A model generated the notes under the pieces. It was not told the origin of the DNA, did no database searches, and saw nothing but the letters and a program-made list of their open reading frames with translations. Both the position numbers and the translations under genes were made by a program. From a virus, in the IMG/VR virus record IMGVR_UViG_3300031722_000008, positions 64,001 to 128,000 of that record: DNA of 64,000 bases; one strand, written 5' to 3'. Of the stretch, positions 44,332 to 52,928 are shown piece after piece (within the stretch, counting starts at the first letter, position 1; the number at the start of each line of letters is the position of its first letter).

Positions 44332-44957
44332 TGTCAATACAATTAAGAGAGGATATTTTCTCAGAATATATAGATGAAAAAAATCCAGAAATAATATATA
44401 CAGCGAATCCAAATTCTTTACTTATGATAAAGGATATCATTCTGGAACAACTTAATAACAGAGGAGAGGCTTCGTTAGAATGGATAATAAGTGATATTCA
44501 TTTTGGTAATGCAAGAGTATTTGAAAATATAGCAGCTAAAGGTTTTGATACAGGGAAATTTGATATAGGTAACTTTGATAATTATGGTGATGGAATTACT
44601 GAAATGGCTGATGATATAGAACAATGGTATTTTGTTGAAGATGAATTAACAGAATTAGAAAACCTAATATATGAGTCAGCTAAACAATTTGACTTACCTG
44701 TATATATGACAGCAGAGCAGGTAGATGAATACCCAACTTTTATAAGAAGATTCTCTGAAGAAAATTCTTATCTGGACTGCATAGCTAAAGAAAAAGAGAT
44801 AAAGGTCAATGCATTCCATGCACAAATTCCAATGTTTGATGATCTATTCGATAACTGCGGAAGTTGTTTTTATGGAAGAGAAAATGTGCTATTAATTGAT
44901 GAATACAATAAAAATAGGAATTATGGATTAATGGAGGGTAGCGATGAAAGAAGATAA
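44331..44957 (+). CDS. Acidic paralog 4 with QxxMF motif (QIPMF)
   Basis: ...AFHAQIPMFDDL; GSC.Y shared with paralog 3. Confidence 0.7.
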   Translation: MSIQLREDIFSEYIDEKNPEIIYTANPNSLLMIKDIILEQLNNRGEASLEWIISDIHFGNARVFENIAAKGFDTGKFDIGNFDNYGDGITEMADDIEQWYFVEDELTELENLIYESAKQFDLPVYMTAEQVDEYPTFIRRFSEENSYLDCIAKEKEIKVNAFHAQIPMFDDLFDNCGSCFYGRENVLLIDEYNKNRNYGLMEGSDERR

Positions 44958-45630
44958 ATCTCTCCGGATAATAAATCCAGACATCGATATGCTTGAAATG
45001 CAATCAGAAATTATAGGCATAAATGAAGATAATTTCGAAAGAGATAAGAACACTATATTGGAAATGTATAAATCGGAATATACGAAATATAAGGATCGCG
45101 CAAACATACCTCTTTTTTCTGATATAGAAAATTCTGTTCTCGCTTATAATTATGACAAGTGTTATGAAATATCAGTTATTGAATTTGAAACATTTGATAA
45201 AGCAGAAGTTATGAATACATTTTATAGCTCTGCTTATTGTTCCACAATGGACATAAATGATAGAATACAGGCGATACTAGATCAGAAGACAGGTAATATG
45301 ATGAATGATATAGGGTGGTCACATTCCGAAGCTATAAGAATGTGTATAAGGAATTCACTAAATGAATTGGGTGTTATTTATGAAGATAATGATCCTTGTA
45401 ATCCATTCCTCCGAAATATATTTGCAGATTTTAATATTTTCAGAATAGTAGCTAATAATGCTCAAATAGTAATGTTTCCGGACATACATAGACAGGAGTA
45501 TATGTATGATGCGGACTTAATCAATGATACTTTAGATGATATTACAAACTATGTCATAGAAAGAAGAACACAGAGCGCAATAAAAGATAGGTTGCTTGGT
45601 TCTGGGGGTGATAAAAATGTCCCAAAGTAA
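44944..45630 (+). CDS. Acidic paralog 5 with QxxMF motif (QIVMF)
   Basis: NIPLFSDI...LNELGVIY...NNAQIVMFPDI. Confidence 0.7.
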   Translation: MKEDKSLRIINPDIDMLEMQSEIIGINEDNFERDKNTILEMYKSEYTKYKDRANIPLFSDIENSVLAYNYDKCYEISVIEFETFDKAEVMNTFYSSAYCSTMDINDRIQAILDQKTGNMMNDIGWSHSEAIRMCIRNSLNELGVIYEDNDPCNPFLRNIFADFNIFRIVANNAQIVMFPDIHRQEYMYDADLINDTLDDITNYVIERRTQSAIKDRLLGSGGDKNVPK

Positions 45631-45976
45631 AGAGATAACTAAATCTATGCTCCGAAACAGAGGACTAATTATGCAAGATACGGAAAACAATACTTTTGTT
45701 GAAATCGTATCATCAAATTATATAGTTTGTATAAATCGAAGAATAAAAAAGGGACAAACTATAGTTCCTGAATATTACGAAATCAGCGACGAGTGCTTGG
45801 AGTTCATTGCTGACCATGGAATAAAAACTGTTACATGGAACGGCATGATATTAAATGCTATGTCAGCTCTAGATTTATCATTAAAAGATGTACTTGAAGA
45901 TGAAGGTTTTATTTTTGAATATAACCGAGAAATAGTGAATCCTTATCAGCAGATTATGTTCGAGGATTTAAATTAA
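45617..45976 (+). CDS. Paralog 6 with C-terminal QxxMF motif (QQIMF)
   Basis: LEDEGFIF...NPYQQIMFEDLN-stop; start MSQSK after GGGGGTG. Confidence 0.7.
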   Translation: MSQSKEITKSMLRNRGLIMQDTENNTFVEIVSSNYIVCINRRIKKGQTIVPEYYEISDECLEFIADHGIKTVTWNGMILNAMSALDLSLKDVLEDEGFIFEYNREIVNPYQQIMFEDLN

Positions 45977-45990
45977 GGAAGGTGTAAATA

Positions 45991-46365
45991 ATGAGTAAAA
46001 GCATTATAGAAATAGAAGATAGTCAGCTTCAAAAAGAAGCTAGATGGGAGGACGTAGAAAAGATTATACTCAACACATACAATGAACTTTTTGATAAGGA
46101 TAAGAAAGAACCGAGCATAAGCAGAGTATTCGATGAAATTAAATATAAGTTTGAAACTGAAGCATATGACATTATCTACGGAATATCAGCAGAAGACATT
46201 ACAGAAGAAATGATAATGGTATGTCTTACGAAAAAGGGCTGTGTATTCACATGGTGCGGAACAGTATGTTGTGAAGCGCAACAAGTGATGTTTGGGGAGA
46301 TATACGAACAATTAGAAGGAGATTTCATCAGCTACAATAATAATATCATAGGTCTTCATGAGTGA
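45991..46365 (+). CDS. Acidic paralog 7 with QxxMF motif (QQVMF)
   Basis: EPSISRVF...LTKKGCVF...CEAQQVMFGEI. Confidence 0.7.
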   Translation: MSKSIIEIEDSQLQKEARWEDVEKIILNTYNELFDKDKKEPSISRVFDEIKYKFETEAYDIIYGISAEDITEEMIMVCLTKKGCVFTWCGTVCCEAQQVMFGEIYEQLEGDFISYNNNIIGLHE

Positions 46366-47011
46366 TATAGATAAAAGTGATGTTGTATTTAAATCTCTGT
46401 CATGTTTTAAATCCATGTTAAAATATGACAGAGTTAATCCCCAAATATTTCTTCATAATAAATCAGCTTATATGCTCGGAGAAAAAACGAAAGGAAAGAT
46501 AGAATTTTTAAATAGGAGCTTTGAAACTTTAGTGGGTATACCATTCAATAAAGGTTTCGAGTATTCAGAAAATATAACAAACAAGATTTTAAGTGAGAAT
46601 ATCAATATAATTAATAAGTTAGCCAGGACTTATTGCGAAACTCTATTTTATATTGATAAGGTAAAGTTAATTAAATTCATTGACGATAATTATAATTCTT
46701 TAGCAAAGTTAAATAAAATGAAATTAACTATAACAACTGTGCCTCATATAAGGTTTAATTTTAAGCCTATAAAAAAATCTACTTCAGTGTTTGAGAGTGA
46801 ATATATTATTTCAGAACCTGTAAGAGTGAGTCCAAACTTTAGAGTAAAAGATGAAGAGATTGTTTTAAATTCTCTTCTTTTTTATGAAGTTATAAATAAT
46901 GAACTTTTTTCACAAATAATAAAAATGGAGATAAACAAAGAAAAGAAATTTATAAGATTAGCTTGTGTTAATGATAATGTAAAAGTTAAGTTTATAATTA
47001 ACCAAAGATAA
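46358..47011 (+). CDS. Second putative diverged clamp-like protein (about two DnaN-like domains)
   Basis: FYIDKVKLIKFIDD...KMKLTIT...IRFN...EEIVLNSLLFYEVIN...IKMEIN...FIRL...VKFII follows DnaN domain III pattern; by-eye only. Confidence 0.4.
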   Translation: MSDIDKSDVVFKSLSCFKSMLKYDRVNPQIFLHNKSAYMLGEKTKGKIEFLNRSFETLVGIPFNKGFEYSENITNKILSENINIINKLARTYCETLFYIDKVKLIKFIDDNYNSLAKLNKMKLTITTVPHIRFNFKPIKKSTSVFESEYIISEPVRVSPNFRVKDEEIVLNSLLFYEVINNELFSQIIKMEINKEKKFIRLACVNDNVKVKFIINQR

Positions 47012-47092
47012 AGTCTAGAAATTGCTTAACGTGTTCGGCAAATAATGGTATCATTAACATTGAACACTAAAAAGAGATGGGGGATTGGCACA

Positions 47093-50000
47093 ATGGATAA
47101 ACTAGAATGGTACGAGAGCGTTGAAAATAAGATCAATGAAGATATTGATTTGTTTTATGGTGAGTTTTATAGCGGAGCAAAACCTAAAAAGATAGGACCT
47201 GATAGCTATAGAATTAATCCATGTCCAGTATGTGGACATTCTAATAGTTGCACATTAACAGGAAATACTGTTCATTGTTTCAGTGGTGAATGTGGATGGA
47301 AAGGAACACATATTACGGCATGGTATGAATATGCAAAAGAAAAGCTCAATTTGTCACTTTACGAGGCGGTGGCGAAGTTAGAAAAATTCACAGGATATAA
47401 GTTTCCAGCTGGAACAAAAGAAGAAATAGAAGCTTATGAGAAGCATCAGAAACAACAAGCAATTTTGAGAATTTCAGAAGATTTTTACCACAAACAGCTT
47501 TTAATATGTAATTTGACTTTTCCTTTCAAAGATAAGAGATACACACCACTTGATTATATGTTACAAGTAAGAAAAAGAAAGATAGAAACCTTGAAGGATT
47601 TTAAAGTTGGATTTGCTATTAATTACTTTGGATTAAGAAGTGAATTATTGGAACAAGGATTTACGAAAGAAGAAATTAAAGAAGGAAAAGCATGGCAACC
47701 AGAAGGAACTTTTGTGTTCTTCTATAGGCATCCATTAACAAAGGATATTGTAAGGACAAATATTAAAAATCCATTTGGGTCAAAATCTAAAGAAAAAAAT
47801 GAGTTAGGTCAAAGTATAGATGGCGATGTTATTGTTGGATATTCTACTGGAAGTAAGTTTATGTATTTTCCTCCGAATTTCTCCTTCGATAAAGATATTA
47901 CTATAGTTGAAGGGGAGCATGATGTATTTGCTGCCTATGAAAATGGATTTAATGTAGCTGGTGTTGGAGGACAAATAGAAAGAGAATACCAATTATCTGT
48001 ATTGGATAAGGCAAAAGAAAATATAACCTTTCATACGATGTATGATAATGATGATGCTGGAAGTAAATATACTGAATTCACTAATGAATATTTTGCTGAC
48101 AGGCCAGTAAAGAAAATAAAATATGATGAAGCATTCAATGATCCTGATGAATATTTCAGAGAGTGCGAAAATCACAAATCCCTTGAAGAATTATTTGAAT
48201 TTGCAGAAACATTAACTACTGACAAATATAAGATTCGCAGACAAGGTAACTTATGGACTGTAGCAACGAGAGAAAGAAAACTTGAATTTACCATGAAAGG
48301 CAAAAATGATAAAGGTTCTTTCAGTGGAAATGCTGTATATTATTATAATGGTCTATTAAGCGATAGAGATGATAATATACAACTCGTAAAATGCAAAGCT
48401 AAGATAAAGCCATTAAACTTTTATTTATATGACCATATAGAAGAGTATTTTAATAGTAATTTAGATAAGAAAAGCATCGATGAATTAATATTGATATATT
48501 CAATGTCAGCGAAGAAAGATGAGATAATTAAAAGATTAGCCGAAATGTTATTTGAGTCAGAAAATGATGAGTCTATTATAAATAACATGAAAGTTCAATT
48601 AAGTAAGCATGTAACGAATCATGAGAATGTTGTTGATGAAATACTTAAAGAGGTTAATGATATACAGAATAAGGCTAATACAACATCGTTATCGAACATA
48701 CCTAAAATGCGTGTTGGACAATACTACAATGTGAGAAACGGTGATGCTTATATGTATTTTACTTATGTAAAAATCGATGGTGATATAAAAAGAAAATTAC
48801 CTTTCCTGCTTAGGAATGATGGAACACTAATAAGACTCGATCTATTAAAAAGAAAGGATTCTCAATGCTTGCTTCTTATTGATAATAAGTATGAACTTCC
48901 ATGGGAAATAAATGATGCTATTCTAGAACTTAATGAGTGTTGCTTGACTCAAGAATGGGTAGAGAAATATAAAGATGGCAAAATATCAGATAGTGAATTA
49001 GAACCTTCAATACTTATAAAGAGAATAGAGGGTTATATTAGGAAATTTTATTATACTAATGATTCAAATATCTACAAGGTGCTATCTCTCTATATATATT
49101 CAACCTACTCATATGAATTATTTGCACAAATACCATATCTTTATTTAAATGGTTCTAAGGGTTCAGGTAAGTCAATTCTAGATGAATGCATTAGATTATT
49201 ATCCTTTAATTCAAAGATGGCTGTAGACATAACTGAAGCAGCATTATTCAGAACACTATCTGTTGAAGGAGGAGTATTAATACTTGATGAGCAGGAAAAC
49301 TTAAATTCTAAAAATGCGAGAACTACTGATAGTGGTATGGCAGCAATACTGAAAGGTGGCTACGCAAGAAGTGGTGCAGTATATAGAGTTAACAATGAAA
49401 AAGGGGGCATAGTAGAGAAATATACTATCTACGGACCTAAGGTTATATCCAACATAATGGGAATGGATGATGTAATTGAGGATAGATGTATAATAATTGA
49501 AACATATGCCCTTAAATTGACTAAAGAAACTAAAATGGAAGATCCTAAATATTACGCGGAAGAAAGATTAGATGAAATAAGAGAACTCACAAGTAAATGT
49601 GCGATCTCTGCCCTGAAAAATTTCAAGACGCTATATGATATATATAATGGTAACTTATTCGAAACAGGGAATGCACGTTTATCGCAAATACTAACTCCTA
49701 TATTAGCTGTAGCTAAATTGGTTGATTTGAGAGAAAAAGAAAATGCATTATCTACTAATCCAGATATAAAAGATTATATCGGAGAATATGAAAGATCATT
49801 AATGGATTATTTTGTTATACTGAATGAGCTTAAAAAGAATACTGCTCAAAGTACTCCAGAGGGTATAATAAAATCTTCTGTATCTACAGTTGCAAAAGAA
49901 CTCTGGGGATTAGTTCCACCTCACAATATAGAATTTATAGATTCGTCATCACATAAATATACCGAAGCTATAAAATGCGATAAGGAGCAAGGCTGGTTCG

Positions 50001-50305
50001 AAATCAATGTACTTCACTTTAAATGTTTCATCGAAGAAGTTAAACCTGGAGAAACAGCTTATGCTAGATATATTCCTAAATGGATTAAGACTGTTTTCAA
50101 AATCGATGCATGCGATATAAAAAGAAAAGCTGTGCATATTGAAAATGAAGATTTGATGAAAGAATTTAAAGGTAATGTAAAACCTAAGGTAAACTTTTAT
50201 AGGTTTTATTTTAAAGACTATATAAACATGGATGAAGCATTTTTCGGCAACAGCAAAGAAAATGATTCAGCTATTAAGACCGATAAAGGGGCAGAACTAT
50301 TTTAG
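47093..50305 (+). CDS. Primase-helicase fusion (zinc finger, TOPRIM, P-loop ATPase)
   Basis: CPVCGH...CFSGECG; VEGEHD...YDNDDAG...DPDEY; GSKGSGKS Walker A, LILDEQE Walker B. Confidence 0.85.
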   Translation: MDKLEWYESVENKINEDIDLFYGEFYSGAKPKKIGPDSYRINPCPVCGHSNSCTLTGNTVHCFSGECGWKGTHITAWYEYAKEKLNLSLYEAVAKLEKFTGYKFPAGTKEEIEAYEKHQKQQAILRISEDFYHKQLLICNLTFPFKDKRYTPLDYMLQVRKRKIETLKDFKVGFAINYFGLRSELLEQGFTKEEIKEGKAWQPEGTFVFFYRHPLTKDIVRTNIKNPFGSKSKEKNELGQSIDGDVIVGYSTGSKFMYFPPNFSFDKDITIVEGEHDVFAAYENGFNVAGVGGQIEREYQLSVLDKAKENITFHTMYDNDDAGSKYTEFTNEYFADRPVKKIKYDEAFNDPDEYFRECENHKSLEELFEFAETLTTDKYKIRRQGNLWTVATRERKLEFTMKGKNDKGSFSGNAVYYYNGLLSDRDDNIQLVKCKAKIKPLNFYLYDHIEEYFNSNLDKKSIDELILIYSMSAKKDEIIKRLAEMLFESENDESIINNMKVQLSKHVTNHENVVDEILKEVNDIQNKANTTSLSNIPKMRVGQYYNVRNGDAYMYFTYVKIDGDIKRKLPFLLRNDGTLIRLDLLKRKDSQCLLLIDNKYELPWEINDAILELNECCLTQEWVEKYKDGKISDSELEPSILIKRIEGYIRKFYYTNDSNIYKVLSLYIYSTYSYELFAQIPYLYLNGSKGSGKSILDECIRLLSFNSKMAVDITEAALFRTLSVEGGVLILDEQENLNSKNARTTDSGMAAILKGGYARSGAVYRVNNEKGGIVEKYTIYGPKVISNIMGMDDVIEDRCIIIETYALKLTKETKMEDPKYYAEERLDEIRELTSKCAISALKNFKTLYDIYNGNLFETGNARLSQILTPILAVAKLVDLREKENALSTNPDIKDYIGEYERSLMDYFVILNELKKNTAQSTPEGIIKSSVSTVAKELWGLVPPHNIEFIDSSSHKYTEAIKCDKEQGWFEINVLHFKCFIEEVKPGETAYARYIPKWIKTVFKIDACDIKRKAVHIENEDLMKEFKGNVKPKVNFYRFYFKDYINMDEAFFGNSKENDSAIKTDKGAELF

Positions 50306-50320
50306 TCTGTCCCTTTTATT
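50283..50320 (+). terminator. Hairpin terminator spanning the primase stop
   Basis: ATAAAGGGGCAGA...TCTGTCCCTTTTAT. Confidence 0.5.
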
Positions 50321-50340
50321 GTCTTTAGGTAGATAACTTG

Positions 50341-50356
50341 GTATAAGATATTAAAG
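50341..50356 (+). promoter_or_regulatory. Conserved phage promoter-like motif
   Basis: GTATAAGATATTAAAG plus AAAAGAAAGAGAG leader. Confidence 0.7.
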
Positions 50357-50380
50357 TAAAAGAAAGAGAGGAAAAATAAT

Positions 50381-50608
50381 ATGAAAATAATAAGTAAATT
50401 AATAACACTAGGACTAGGAGGAATTATAGGAATAGGAGCAATTGCAGCACAAGGAGCAATAAGCAGAAAAAAGATTAGGTTAGAAAAAAATGAAACAAAA
50501 TCTTCAAAGGAAGAAGAAAAAGTGATAGAGGAAGAAATATCAGCAGAAGAAGAAATTAATAACAACGAGAATAATATCAATATTGATGATTCAGACATAA
50601 AAGCTTAA
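50381..50608 (+). CDS. Small TM-anchored protein (cassette family)
   Basis: LITLGLGGIIGIGAIAAQG then charged tail. Confidence 0.7.
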   Translation: MKIISKLITLGLGGIIGIGAIAAQGAISRKKIRLEKNETKSSKEEEKVIEEEISAEEEINNNENNINIDDSDIKA

Positions 50609-50661
50609 ATAACATTAAGATGTAAAGTGGAAAAAATAAGATGATAAAGTGAGGAATTAAG

Positions 50662-50871
50662 ATGAATAGTTTATTTTTAAAGAAAATTGGAAAGATAGCA
50701 ATTGAAGGTGGAAAAATAATAATAATCGAAGGGATAATAAGTTTAGTTAGTCAAAGACTAAGAGAAACAAGTAGAACAAATTACAACAATGTAAAAGACA
50801 GCACAAGACAAGGAATAAATTTAACAAAGAATGAATTGACAGGAGCAAGTCCAGAAGATTGGGATTTATAG
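50662..50871 (+). CDS. Small amphipathic protein
   Basis: GAGGA RBS. Confidence 0.6.
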   Translation: MNSLFLKKIGKIAIEGGKIIIIEGIISLVSQRLRETSRTNYNNVKDSTRQGINLTKNELTGASPEDWDL

Positions 50872-50879
50872 TAAAACAT

Positions 50880-50909
50880 AAAACAGGAACGGTAAACGTT
50901 CCTGTTTTT
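50880..50909 (+). terminator. Intrinsic terminator
   Basis: AAAACAGGAACG-GTAAA-CGTTCCTGTTTTT. Confidence 0.7.
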
Positions 50910-50938
50910 CATTATTTAAAAATGGGAGGAAGATTAGT

Positions 50939-51745
50939 ATGCTAATGATGTTTGGCTCTGCTTTAAGGAGGGCACCATTTGAAAGAGCAATGCCTTTCAA
51001 TGACAGCGATTTGATGATACTTGTAAATCCAGATTATGGATTTAGATTGTGTAATATTACTACTGAAGATGGCGAAAAATTTGGGATTAAAAATTTCATG
51101 ATATCAGAAACTGAGGTTTCTGGACAAAAGCCAAAAGATATATTTGGGAAAAAGCCATTCGAAGAAAGAGTTAAAGAATTTGGTGAAATCTTTAATGGGA
51201 GAGTTGAAAGATTTTTTGAAACTGAGAAGAGCGACTATATCTTCTTTGATTTAGAGGAACAAAAATATCTAAGAAAATTAATGTCCAAAAAAGGATTGAG
51301 TTGCTCTGTTGAGATATATAAGTATCATAAAAATAAACCACCAGAAAAAATAGAGTATCTTGATTTGCCTTATGAAGAAGCAATCATGATAACTAAATTT
51401 TTATCATCGTGCAAAGTTAGAACTGTTTTAAATTGCAGAGATTATTATTATATGAACAAGGCCAATCATGAAAAAAGTAGGGAAAGGCGTTCAAAATATA
51501 GTAATTTTAATAATAAAAGGGATAGTGAAATGGAAATTCTATTCAATAGGTACAAGCAGTTAAGGGATTTGACAAGCAAAGAAAGAGTTGATAAGTATTT
51601 CAAGGCACTTACTGTTAAGTATCATCCTGACAGAGAGGGAGGTGACGCAGAAATATGCGCAACCATCAGAGAAGATTTTGGAAATATTAAGGAAGGCAGA
51701 TGGTATATAAATCTTAAGGATAAAGAGGATGGGGGCGAAAAATAA
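50939..51745 (+). CDS. Protein with C-terminal J-domain (HPD motif)
   Basis: VDKYFKALTVKYHPDREGGDAE...I.E.F. Confidence 0.75.
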   Translation: MLMMFGSALRRAPFERAMPFNDSDLMILVNPDYGFRLCNITTEDGEKFGIKNFMISETEVSGQKPKDIFGKKPFEERVKEFGEIFNGRVERFFETEKSDYIFFDLEEQKYLRKLMSKKGLSCSVEIYKYHKNKPPEKIEYLDLPYEEAIMITKFLSSCKVRTVLNCRDYYYMNKANHEKSRERRSKYSNFNNKRDSEMEILFNRYKQLRDLTSKERVDKYFKALTVKYHPDREGGDAEICATIREDFGNIKEGRWYINLKDKEDGGEK

Positions 51746-52377
51746 TGAATATGGACGACATGATTAATCAGCTGAATCAGCAATATGAGGAAGTTGATTC
51801 CAAGGAAACTGTTAAAGAAGAGAAGATAGATCTCAATGAAATATTAAAAGCTAATGAAATTACCGAGAAATGGTTGGATGAAGAAAGAGAGTTCCAAAAG
51901 AATTCTAAGGATGATAATTTCAGTAAAGATGCATTTACTAAGAAAAGAAGTTCTTCTTATGAGAAGAAAGAGGAAAAGAAAGAGGAGAAACGAAGTTCGT
52001 ATGGTTATTATAAGAGCAGTGAAGACGAAAAGAAATCCTCATATAGCAGCAAGTACAGTTCTTCATCTTCTTCAAAGAAGAGTTCTGACGATATTTTCTA
52101 TGAGAAAGTGGAAAATGCATTTATTGAAAAAGTAAATAAAATGGTGGATGGATTATTCGATAAGAATCTAAATAAAATAGAACATGAAGGCGAGTGGGAT
52201 ATGCTAGACCTTCAATATGAACTTAACAGAAAAAGGATTACTGATAGGGATTATGAGGATAAAATCATCACAAAAGAATTTAATAAAGCTATGGAAAAGC
52301 ATAGCAATAGTTGTTCAAGAAAAGTTGATATAGCCGAATTAATGATACTATTAAAAGTTAATCCACATAGATATTAA
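51745..52377 (+). CDS. Charged protein with Ser/Lys low-complexity middle
   Basis: SSYSSKYSSSSSSKKSS; TAATG coupling. Confidence 0.65.
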   Translation: MNMDDMINQLNQQYEEVDSKETVKEEKIDLNEILKANEITEKWLDEEREFQKNSKDDNFSKDAFTKKRSSSYEKKEEKKEEKRSSYGYYKSSEDEKKSSYSSKYSSSSSSKKSSDDIFYEKVENAFIEKVNKMVDGLFDKNLNKIEHEGEWDMLDLQYELNRKRITDRDYEDKIITKEFNKAMEKHSNSCSRKVDIAELMILLKVNPHRY

Positions 52378-52398
52378 TAAAATTTAGGAGGAATTGTA

Positions 52399-52692
52399 AT
52401 GGGTTTTTTAAAGAAGATAGGTAAAAGAATAACAGGCAATGTAAAAAAAGATATTGATTATTTGAGAGGTGAGGGGGCTGATGAAAAGGCTGACCTAGTT
52501 TATGACAGAATCAAATCTTTCCTTTCAGGTGGATGGAATATAATGATAGACAAGATAGTTAATTTATTGTTAAAATCAGCAGAGAAAGATGTTAGAATAA
52601 TAATATCAGAATGTAAGGCTCATGGTGTTGATCCATATGAACGTTTTCCAGCAAATTTAAGAGATAAATTGAAAAAGAATTACGCAATGTAA
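52399..52692 (+). CDS. Hypothetical protein
   Basis: AGGAGG RBS. Confidence 0.65.
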   Translation: MGFLKKIGKRITGNVKKDIDYLRGEGADEKADLVYDRIKSFLSGGWNIMIDKIVNLLLKSAEKDVRIIISECKAHGVDPYERFPANLRDKLKKNYAM

Positions 52693-52725
52693 TTCTTTTT
52701 CAATGAGGGGTGGGGTGTTTAGTAA

Positions 52726-52911
52726 GTGACAAAAGAGAACAGCAATGACAACAAAATTATCCCCAAAGATATTACCTCAAAACTATTAAGCATAATCCTA
52801 ATAGCAATAGGAAATGTTCTCATCATTGTAGGGGAAAACTTAATAGAAAAAGGTAAGGGGAATCTAAATCTGGATCGATACAGTGATGATTTTCTTTCAG
52901 ACAATAAATAG
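52726..52911 (+). CDS. Small hydrophobic protein
   Basis: GGGGTG RBS; LLSIILIAIGNVLIIVG. Confidence 0.5.
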   Translation: MTKENSNDNKIIPKDITSKLLSIILIAIGNVLIIVGENLIEKGKGNLNLDRYSDDFLSDNK

Positions 52912-52928
52912 TTAGAGGAGGAGAAATT

